Assembly (NCBI GenBank): GCA_002293185.1
Contig: DBCS01000002.1
Location: 152,645 to 216,644, forward strand
Length of the DNA: 64,000 nt
Source: Flavobacteriales bacterium UBA952
GTDB taxonomy: Bacteria; Bacteroidota; Bacteroidia; Flavobacteriales_D; Crocinitomicaceae
Direction: 5' to 3'
Below are positions 40,945 to 48,356 of the stretch, one piece after another. Numbering within the stretch: position 1 is the first letter of the stretch; the number at the start of each line of letters is the position of its first letter. The position numbers and the translations under genes were made by a program. The notes under the pieces were generated by a model. It was not told the DNA's origin, did not search any database, and saw nothing but the letters and a program-made list of their open reading frames with translations.

Positions 40945-41720
40945 TACCAAAAGTTTGAACGGTCTTTTTTGCGCCATACAAGAACCAAAATAGCACCAGC
41001 AAGCGCTCCTCCTACATGGGCGAGGTGCGCTACGTTATCGCTAGCTTGGTTTTGAAAAGCTAAATAAAGTTCGAGTAAAAAATAGCCTGTCACTAAGAAT
41101 TTGGCTTTGACCGGAATGGCAAAGTAGAGTCGGAATTCTGTGTTTGGAAATAAGATGGCAAAGGCGGTCATAATACCAAAAACACCACCAGAAGCACCCA
41201 CCATTGGCGTGATGGATTTATCTAAATAACTTTGTAATGAAGGGGTTACACTAATTTGATTTTCAGAGATATATGAATTGATTTGACCAATCAGGTTGCC
41301 GTTTAGATCAACGGTATGTTTTAAAAAATAATTGAATTGATCGATATCAAATTGTGCAGCTAGTGAGCGCTTCAAGTTCATGATTTCGATGAACCCGATC
41401 ATGTTATATAGTGCAAAAGAACCCATGGCGCTAACGAGATAGAAGATAAAGAATCTTTTGGGCCCCCATATATTTTCGAGGTAGGCACCGAGCATGACGA
41501 ATAGCCACATGTTGAAGAAAATATGTAAGAAATTATCGGTGCTGTGCATAAAAAAATGCGTTACCACTTGATAAGGTTCGAAAAACGGCGAATTGATATA
41601 ATGGGCACCGAGCGTCATTTCAAGACCAATTCCTTGGCTTTTGAGTAGCAAACTTGCTACAAAAAAAGCGATATTCAGCAATAAAATATTTTTGGTAACT
41701 TGGGGTAGATTCTGAAACAT
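40944..41720 (-). CDS. rhomboid family intramembrane serine protease (first copy)
   Basis: Motifs GASGGVFG and AHLAHVGGALAG. ATG 41720 lies 2 nt after the mutL stop. The ORF-track start 41804 would overlap mutL by 82 nt. Confidence 0.8.
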   Translation of the reverse strand: MFQNLPQVTKNILLLNIAFFVASLLLKSQGIGLEMTLGAHYINSPFFEPYQVVTHFFMHSTDNFLHIFFNMWLFVMLGAYLENIWGPKRFFIFYLVSAMGSFALYNMIGFIEIMNLKRSLAAQFDIDQFNYFLKHTVDLNGNLIGQINSYISENQISVTPSLQSYLDKSITPMVGASGGVFGIMTAFAILFPNTEFRLYFAIPVKAKFLVTGYFLLELYLAFQNQASDNVAHLAHVGGALAGAILVLVWRKKDRSNFW

Positions 41721-41722
41721 AG

Positions 41723-43546
41723 CTATAATTTTTTGGCTAATTCGTCGAAGCCTAAAGTATACATAATTGGTTTGCCATTGGGTGTAGTGGTGTGCTGCGG
41801 GCACTGAAATAAGGTATCGATGAAATGCTCAACTTCTTGGTGGTGCTGTATGCGGTAGTTTTTGGAGCCTAGCAAGGCCAGTTTAGCAACGATAAAATGG
41901 GCTACATCGCCGCTGTCGATGTCTGAATACGTCGCTGCATTGGTGAGGTCGTCTAGGCAGGCTTCAAGGTCTAAAGCCGATAAGAGGGCCGGAACAGCTG
42001 AAATAAGTAGTTGATCTTCGTGTATCTCGAAGGCAAAACCTAATTGTGACCATAGACTTTTTTGACCTTGCCAAGTGACTTTGGCTTCTTTTGCTAAAGT
42101 TCTTTCAAGCGGGAAGAGCAATTGTTGTGAGGCCAGTGGTTGTGATACAAAGTGCTGTATGAGTTCGTCGAATAAAATGCGGTTTTTTGCTCTGTGGATA
42201 TCGATAATTAGAAAACCTGATTTAGTCGGGCTGATTAAATATTTATCGTGCAATAAGAACTGCTTGGCCTCAAGTTCAGCTGAGAAATCAATTGGATTGT
42301 CTGAGGGTATTTGGTGTTCTATTTGATAAAATTGTTGCCAATCTTCAGGGCTAGGAGGCGTACTACCAAAACCTTCTTGTTGTAAGGCTGTACTATAGTT
42401 CTTTGCACTTGATCCGCTATTTGAAGTGGGATGGACCGTTGTTTGAAACGGGTTATAAGTTGGGTTTACTACTATTTGAGGCTCAATGGGCTCTGATTTT
42501 CTAAGTGCATTTGGTATGTCAAAAGCGTTCTCAGTTTCAAAATCGAGCGTAGGAAAGATATTGTGTTTGCCCAACGCTTGCCTTACACTACTCAATAGGA
42601 TGGAATAGATAAAGCGGTCCTCTTCAAATTTAATCTCTGTTTTGGTTGGGTGAATATTGACATCGATTTTTTGTGGATCAATATCTAGGAAAATACAGTA
42701 GCTGGCATGGTGCTTTTCGGATATCATGCCGTCATAGGCTTTCGTGATTGCATGATTGAAATACGGATCTTTAAAAAAGCGATTGTTAACGAAAAGATAT
42801 TGTTCACCTCTGCTTTTTTTGGACATTTCAGGCTTACCAACATAGCCACTAATACGCACGATATCGGTCTGCTCGTTGATGGGGACCAATTTTTCATTGC
42901 TCCCTTTGCCAAAAATGGCAGCAATACGCATTCTGTGATTTCCTGCGGGCAATTGGATGAGCTCTTGGCCGTTGTGTTGAAAACTAAACTGAAGTTCGGG
43001 GTGGGCTAGGGCAACGCGTTCAAATTCAGTTTGAATATGACTGAGTTCAATGGTATCACTTTTTAAAAAGTTACGGCGGGCTGGTACGTTATAAAATAGG
43101 TTCTTGACCTCGAAAGATGCTCCGTTATTGCACAGAACTTCTTGTTTGAATTTGATTTGGTTGCCCTCGATTTCAATATGCATACCGGTGTCTTGGTTTG
43201 CTTGTTTGGTCTTGAGGCTCACATGGGCTATTGCTGCAATGGAGGCGAGGGCCTCGCCACGGAATCCTTTGGTCGTTAGCGCAAAAAGGTCAGATGCTTT
43301 CTGCAATTTGCTGGTGGCATGCCTCAAAAAGCACTTTTCAGCATCTTGGGTATCCATGCCTTTTCCGTTGTCGAGCACTTGAATGAGTGTTTTGCCAGCA
43401 TCTTTAACTACTAATTGAATTTGGGAAGCCCCAGCATCTATAGCGTTTTCGAGTAGTTCTTTGACAACAGAGGCAGGTCGTTGAATGACTTCTCCGGCTG
43501 CAATTTGATTGGCGATATGATCGGGCAGTAAGTGGATAATGCTCAT
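41723..43546 (-). CDS. mutL: DNA mismatch repair protein MutL
   Basis: GHKL ATPase N-terminus (IANQIAAGEVIQRPASVVKELLENAIDAG, DNGKGM, GFRGEAL). 607 aa. Confidence 0.95.
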   Translation of the reverse strand: MSIIHLLPDHIANQIAAGEVIQRPASVVKELLENAIDAGASQIQLVVKDAGKTLIQVLDNGKGMDTQDAEKCFLRHATSKLQKASDLFALTTKGFRGEALASIAAIAHVSLKTKQANQDTGMHIEIEGNQIKFKQEVLCNNGASFEVKNLFYNVPARRNFLKSDTIELSHIQTEFERVALAHPELQFSFQHNGQELIQLPAGNHRMRIAAIFGKGSNEKLVPINEQTDIVRISGYVGKPEMSKKSRGEQYLFVNNRFFKDPYFNHAITKAYDGMISEKHHASYCIFLDIDPQKIDVNIHPTKTEIKFEEDRFIYSILLSSVRQALGKHNIFPTLDFETENAFDIPNALRKSEPIEPQIVVNPTYNPFQTTVHPTSNSGSSAKNYSTALQQEGFGSTPPSPEDWQQFYQIEHQIPSDNPIDFSAELEAKQFLLHDKYLISPTKSGFLIIDIHRAKNRILFDELIQHFVSQPLASQQLLFPLERTLAKEAKVTWQGQKSLWSQLGFAFEIHEDQLLISAVPALLSALDLEACLDDLTNAATYSDIDSGDVAHFIVAKLALLGSKNYRIQHHQEVEHFIDTLFQCPQHTTTPNGKPIMYTLGFDELAKKL

Positions 43547-43572
43547 GCGGGCTCACGTTGTTTCGTGCTGAA

Positions 43573-43580
43573 CAAATGTA
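43573..43580 (-). promoter_or_regulatory. candidate -7 promoter box TACATTTG for the mutL operon
   Basis: Exact TAnnTTTG match on the minus strand, in the 59-nt gap upstream of mutL and 26 nt from the ATG. Confidence 0.3.
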
Positions 43581-43605
43581 ATTAATTCCGCTGAGTTCGC
43601 CGCGC

Positions 43606-44709
43606 TTATATCCTCACGATTGTGCCTGAGTAGGTTGTTTTTTCGTTTGGAAGCACCTGTTGTAGGGTAACTTTCCAAATATATGCTTTTTGTGCACCTA
43701 CAAGCTGCCCATTGCGTTGGTCTATGCCAGTCCATGGGTTTTGTGCGTCAGTGGTTTTAAAAACAAGACCTCCGTTGTCAGGATCTATAATAAGCAGTTC
43801 AAAGCGCACCTCTCGGATGGTGAGGGCATACGGCATGAAGGTGGCATTTCGCTCATCTCTAGATGCTGGATTAAAGGCATTGACCGCAAGTAAGTTGTAG
43901 TCTTCATTGGAGGTTACCTTGATTTTTTCTGTACTATGACATCCGTCGAGTTGAGCATGTGCGGTAATTGTGTAGGTTTGACCTTGAAAGGCGAGTAAAT
44001 CTACACTTCTATTTGTTTGGTTAATGAGGGTGCCGTTCGCACTCCAGGTAATATCTGCACCGGTATTTTCTGCGTTGATACGAATGCGCGGCGTACCTTC
44101 TTCGTAATTTATGGCATCGGCATCAAGTATAATTTTTGGTACTTTGCAAGGTATTGGAACCGCACTTGACGCTTGGTTACCATTTTGATCATTTGCTAAG
44201 TTTTGCGCTTCATTTTGAGATTTCGAATCAGTATTTGCATTCAATTGCTCATTGGGAACAGAAAGCGCTATTTCTTGTTGGTTGAACAAAATAGGAGGTA
44301 AATACCAATCTGGGTCTAAAACTACTTCTTGAGTGAAGGGTGTAAAACCTTGTTTGGTAGCATTGTTTGGAGCAATAGTTAAAATGTTTTGGTTCGCATT
44401 TGGCTTCGTTGGCTTCTTGCTTTTTTGTGTATTAAGTGCTGATAACTGGTTGGTTTTCTCCAACGTTTGGGTTTTATTTTTTGCGATTCGACCCGCATTG
44501 TTGGAACGTTCATTTTTTGGACTAAAATTGTACCAAATAGCGATTAAGCCGATAGAGAGAATTGCAGCAATAGCGACTTTACCCAACCGAGATAATCCGG
44601 TGTTGGCTTTTGGTAGTTTCTTAGACAACGACATCCAAGCTGTGGGGTCGTAGTCGTAGGAGAATTCTTCTACTAGCTCCTTTATTTTTGTTTCAAATTG
44701 ATCTTTCAT
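43606..44709 (-). CDS. putative anti-sigma-like single-pass membrane protein with Ig-like module and T9SS type-B (CHU_C-like) C-terminal domain
   Basis: ATGA overlap with the upstream ECF sigma gene. One TM helix (VAIAAILSIGLIAIW), then an N/Q/K-rich linker. The C-terminal ~90 aa read NAFNPASRDERNATFMPYAL..LLIIDPDNGGLVFKT..WTGID..YIWKVTL..YSGTIVRI. Confidence 0.6.
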   Translation of the reverse strand: MKDQFETKIKELVEEFSYDYDPTAWMSLSKKLPKANTGLSRLGKVAIAAILSIGLIAIWYNFSPKNERSNNAGRIAKNKTQTLEKTNQLSALNTQKSKKPTKPNANQNILTIAPNNATKQGFTPFTQEVVLDPDWYLPPILFNQQEIALSVPNEQLNANTDSKSQNEAQNLANDQNGNQASSAVPIPCKVPKIILDADAINYEEGTPRIRINAENTGADITWSANGTLINQTNRSVDLLAFQGQTYTITAHAQLDGCHSTEKIKVTSNEDYNLLAVNAFNPASRDERNATFMPYALTIREVRFELLIIDPDNGGLVFKTTDAQNPWTGIDQRNGQLVGAQKAYIWKVTLQQVLPNEKTTYSGTIVRI

Positions 44710-45281
44710 TGTTGTTCGATCCGTATAAATTGTTCTTTTAATAGGCGTTGCAAATTCATTTTTGCTTTCGATAAATTGGATTTTGACGTTCCTTCGGAGA
44801 TTCCAAGCATTTCTGCTATTTCTTTGTGGCTGCGCTCTTCCATCACATAAAGGTTGAAAACCGTCCGGTATGCTGGTGATAGTTTGGCAATCGCTTCATG
44901 CGCAAGTTGTGCCTTGATTTGGTTGTATTCAAGGATTTCTTTTTCTTGCATGGGGTCTGCTGCTATAGATTTAAAGTCGTTATCCTTGTCAGTTAAAAAA
45001 GGATTGTTTTTCGATTTTCTAATATGGTCAATAGCCGTATTGCTTACAATTCTTCGAATCCAGCCCTCGAGAGAGCCTGAGAAATCAAAATGTTCCAATT
45101 TGTCAAAGACCTTTAAAAATGAAACTTGAAGCACTTCTTGAGCGCTGTCGCGCTCGCCAATGTAACGCATACTGACAGCCATCATTTTGCCATAAAACAT
45201 CGTAAATAGGCGTTCTTGTGAGCGTCGCTCACCTTTGAGGCACCCCTCTACGATTCGTTTTAAGTTGTCTTGCTGCTCCAA
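44706..45281 (-). CDS. ECF-type RNA polymerase sigma-70 family factor
   Basis: Region 2 (FLKVFDKLEHFD..GWIRRIVSNTAIDHIRK) and region 4 (YRTVFNLYVMEERSHKEIAEMLGISEGTSKSNLSKAK). The only in-frame start after the upstream stop is TTG at 45281. Confidence 0.85.
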   Translation of the reverse strand: MEQQDNLKRIVEGCLKGERRSQERLFTMFYGKMMAVSMRYIGERDSAQEVLQVSFLKVFDKLEHFDFSGSLEGWIRRIVSNTAIDHIRKSKNNPFLTDKDNDFKSIAADPMQEKEILEYNQIKAQLAHEAIAKLSPAYRTVFNLYVMEERSHKEIAEMLGISEGTSKSNLSKAKMNLQRLLKEQFIRIEQQ

Positions 45282-45427
45282 TTTTCAATATATGTTAAAC
45301 GCAAAGCTAAGCAGAGGGTTGCCTTTGTTTGTAATATGTCCTGGAAATAGCGATAAAAAAATGATTTTTTTCTCAACTATGCGTAAATTCGTCGCGCAAA
45401 GCTTTTATCCATTTAAAAAAAAGACAA

Positions 45428-46366
45428 ATGAAAGTAACTGTTGTAGGTGCAGGTAACGTAGGAGCAACCTGTGCTGATGTACTGGCTACCCGTGAGATCG
45501 CCAATGAAATTGTATTACTAGATATCAAAGAAGGATTTGCCGAAGGAAAAGCGCTCGATATTTGGCAAACATCCCCTATTAATCTTTATGATTCTCGTAC
45601 CGTTGGTTGTACCAATGATTATGCGCGTACCGCAGATTCAGACGTTGTAGTCATTACTTCAGGTTTGCCACGTAAGCCAGGTATGTCTCGTGACGACCTT
45701 ATCGCAACCAATGCTGGTATCGTTAAGACCGTGACCGAAAACGTCGTGAAATCCTCCCCCAATGCCATTATTATTGTGGTTTCTAATCCCTTAGATGTCA
45801 TGACCTACTGTGCCTTTTTGAATGCTAATATGCCCTCTTCAAGAGTGTTTGGCATGGCTGGGGTGCTAGATACTGCCCGATACCGTGCATTTTTGGCAGA
45901 AGAACTCAATGTGTCTCCAAAAGATATTCAAGCGGTATTAATGGGTGGCCACGGCGATACCATGGTTCCACTACCGCGCTATACAACGGTTGGTGGTATT
46001 CCTGTTACAGAACTCATCGACGAAGCTCGTTTAAATGACATCATCGAGCGTACCAAATTTGGTGGTGGTGAAATCGTAAAGCTACTCGGTACTTCTGCAT
46101 GGTATGCACCTGGCGCAGCAGCAGCTCAGATGGTAGAAGCTGTAGTCCGCGATCAAAAACGTATTTTCCCGGTTTGTGCTTGGTTACAAGGTGAATACGG
46201 ATTTTCTGATATTTATCTTGGCGTACCTGTAGTGCTCGGCAAAAACGGTATCGAAAAAATCATCGAGCTCCAACTAGACGAGGCAGAACGTGCATTGCTT
46301 GCCGATTCAGCAGAGGCCGTCAAAGGCGTCATGGATGTGCTAGACAACATGAATGCGAACGCTTAA
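45428..46366 (+). CDS. mdh: malate dehydrogenase (LDH-like type)
   Basis: MKVTVVGAGNVGATCA, then GLPRKPGMSRDDL and GGHGDTMVP. 312 aa. Confidence 0.95.
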   Translation: MKVTVVGAGNVGATCADVLATREIANEIVLLDIKEGFAEGKALDIWQTSPINLYDSRTVGCTNDYARTADSDVVVITSGLPRKPGMSRDDLIATNAGIVKTVTENVVKSSPNAIIIVVSNPLDVMTYCAFLNANMPSSRVFGMAGVLDTARYRAFLAEELNVSPKDIQAVLMGGHGDTMVPLPRYTTVGGIPVTELIDEARLNDIIERTKFGGGEIVKLLGTSAWYAPGAAAAQMVEAVVRDQKRIFPVCAWLQGEYGFSDIYLGVPVVLGKNGIEKIIELQLDEAERALLADSAEAVKGVMDVLDNMNANA

Positions 46367-46380
46367 TGCTTTAGTTCGAG

Positions 46381-47784
46381 TTAAGGAAGCTCAAAGGCGC
46401 CAATATCTGGCGGATTTCCTCGTCCTTGGCCCAGAATATCTGCGAAAACAGCCGAATTAATACCCTTGTTGGATAAAGACGAATTGCTACTGAAAGTAAA
46501 GTCTCTTTCACTTGGGTTGGTAAATAAGGGTGCTTGATTCCAAAATGTGTTGGCCCCATAGAAACTGTCGGTATAGGTATTTTCGGATTTGAAAACACAA
46601 TAGTCAAAATCAAAGTTGAGTTGTACGCCCGCCATTTGAATGGTGTCAAAAGCAAGTTCTGTATTTAGGTTGCCATAAATAACGCAGTTTTTGAATACGC
46701 CTTCTTCTATACTCGATACCAATGTTTGATTTTGTTGGTAGTCATTGTAATAATTACTGATCCCAACTGCCGGATTAGTAGAGGCTCCGTAGCCTAGTAA
46801 ATTACAATGATTGAAATGGAAATCTCCTCCCTGTAAAACGAGCAGTGCGTGGGTTCCATTCTGAGAAATCAGACAATTTTCGGCTTTGACCTTTGCGCCG
46901 GCAAATATGAAAATGCCATAGCGTGCTTGGTTGTAGATTTGAGTGTTTTGTATTTCGAGAGTATAACTTGTATTATTCGGGTCTTCACTGAATAAATGAA
47001 CCCCGGAAGTGCCGTTTTTGAGAATGGCGTAATTGATCGAACTCGGTAAAGCCTGATGCAAGTAAATTCCGTAGTATTGGCCTGCAATATCCTGGTAGTC
47101 TTGTTCTAGGCGGTCTCCTTGAAAAACCACTTCATTGCCGAGTTGCCCTTCTATTTGTAAAGAACCTTTGTATACGTACAATAAAGAGTTTTTGTGGAGG
47201 TGAATTTTTGTGCCGGCGGGTATAGTGAGATTTTTTGCGGAGTCGACAATGGCTGCGCCATAAATAACGTGCGGTTTGTCATTGGGCCAAATGCCCTCGT
47301 TGAAATCAAAAATTTGCGCTTGAAAATTAGAATAATGGAAATACGCATCTTGGCCCCAAGCTGCTAACTTGACGTATTGGTCTTTTCCGTTGGTTCTAAA
47401 ACGGATAGAATCTTCGATAATGAGTGGGTTTGTCGTATTGTTGACTTGTAGTGTGACTTCTACAAAAATAAATAAGGAATCTTGAGCTTCGAGCAGGAGA
47501 TCTTTATGCAGATGGCCGGCAATACCATCTACATTGATACGGTACACAGATTGGTCCGCGCCCATTAGTTCAATTTCTTCAATTTGAAGACTGCGCTGGT
47601 CAGGGTTGTATATTTTTAATGATTTGGTGGTAGAGCCAACCGTTGTAAACACGGTGTCGAATACGAGTGTATCAGTAGAAAAGGTAAGATTGCCTTTGGA
47701 AAGGAGCACATTTTTATTGCAAGAACTCAAGGTGCTCCACATAAGAAGGCAACTTGCAATAAGAAAACCGATTAAAATCCGCAT
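46381..47784 (-). CDS. hypothetical lipoprotein with probable right-handed beta-helix region
   Basis: Lipobox LSSC. The N-terminal module looks Ig/PapD-like. The middle and C-terminal parts have a repetitive N/G/I-rich beta-helix-like pattern. No catalytic motif recognised. Confidence 0.65.
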   Translation of the reverse strand: MRILIGFLIASCLLMWSTLSSCNKNVLLSKGNLTFSTDTLVFDTVFTTVGSTTKSLKIYNPDQRSLQIEEIELMGADQSVYRINVDGIAGHLHKDLLLEAQDSLFIFVEVTLQVNNTTNPLIIEDSIRFRTNGKDQYVKLAAWGQDAYFHYSNFQAQIFDFNEGIWPNDKPHVIYGAAIVDSAKNLTIPAGTKIHLHKNSLLYVYKGSLQIEGQLGNEVVFQGDRLEQDYQDIAGQYYGIYLHQALPSSINYAILKNGTSGVHLFSEDPNNTSYTLEIQNTQIYNQARYGIFIFAGAKVKAENCLISQNGTHALLVLQGGDFHFNHCNLLGYGASTNPAVGISNYYNDYQQNQTLVSSIEEGVFKNCVIYGNLNTELAFDTIQMAGVQLNFDFDYCVFKSENTYTDSFYGANTFWNQAPLFTNPSERDFTFSSNSSLSNKGINSAVFADILGQGRGNPPDIGAFELP

Positions 47785-47805
47785 TTGATGTTGAAACGTG
47801 TAAAG

Positions 47806-48324
47806 CTAAAGATTATTGGTTCCTCCACCCAATTTTAAGTGAAAATGTTGTTTGGCTTGCCCAGGTTTTGGGCTAAGTAGGCCAAAGTAAAAACAATCTG
47901 CAGAAAAATGAAACTGCTGGTTTTCTATGAGCTTTTGCCAATTTATTTTTTGCTTTGTATGACGTGGCTCAAAGACCACAAAAATGGAATCCGGATGCAG
48001 TAATTCAAAATTGATTTGACCAATAAATTGTTTGAGTTTTTCGCTACTTTGAATATAAATACAAGGTTCTTGTAAGTCCCTTTTGATGGATAATTGTCTT
48101 GCTGATTCGTCGGTAATTAAAACTTGAAAATGAGGAATAGCAGTATAGAGCTGATCCAAAAATTTTTTCGTTCTCTTGCAAGTAATATTTGTGAAAATCT
48201 GTTGCTTAATGACTGGTTTTTGACCAGCCACTTGATCTACTAACCAGTAGGCAAATGGGGAGTGCGTTCCGTGGCGACCTTTGGCCTTCCATAGAAAAGC
48301 TGTATATTCGATGCAGCGAAACAT
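47806..48324 (-). CDS. hypothetical protein
   Basis: 172 aa, N-terminal string GRHGTHSPFAYWLV, no family assigned. Divergent from the DUF4301 gene across a 32-nt gap. Confidence 0.55.
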   Translation of the reverse strand: MFRCIEYTAFLWKAKGRHGTHSPFAYWLVDQVAGQKPVIKQQIFTNITCKRTKKFLDQLYTAIPHFQVLITDESARQLSIKRDLQEPCIYIQSSEKLKQFIGQINFELLHPDSIFVVFEPRHTKQKINWQKLIENQQFHFSADCFYFGLLSPKPGQAKQHFHLKLGGGTNNL

Positions 48325-48328
48325 AGCG

Positions 48329-48336
48329 TAAAAATA
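48329..48336 (-). promoter_or_regulatory. candidate -7-like box TATTTTTA abutting the start of the 172-aa gene
   Basis: One mismatch to TAnnTTTG. A 4-nt spacer (cgct) separates it from ATG 48324. Confidence 0.25.
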
Positions 48337-48356
48337 ACAATTAAGAAGTCATTTAC

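Noticed and set aside
41721-41804. 28-codon extension of the first rhomboid gene, overlapping the mutL 3' end by 82 nt.
   Set aside because: An ATG at 41720 lies 2 nt after the mutL stop and fits the coupling pattern seen everywhere else. The extension peptide is not rhomboid-like.
45282-45427. The largest intergenic gap (146 bp, between the divergent ECF sigma gene and mdh), examined for an sRNA, riboswitch or small ORF. This includes the 73-aa ORF at 45235..45456.
   Set aside because: I see no stable hairpin, no terminator and no conserved riboswitch core. The 73-aa ORF overlaps both flanking gene starts and is Cys/Phe-rich noise. The gap is most simply a divergent promoter region.
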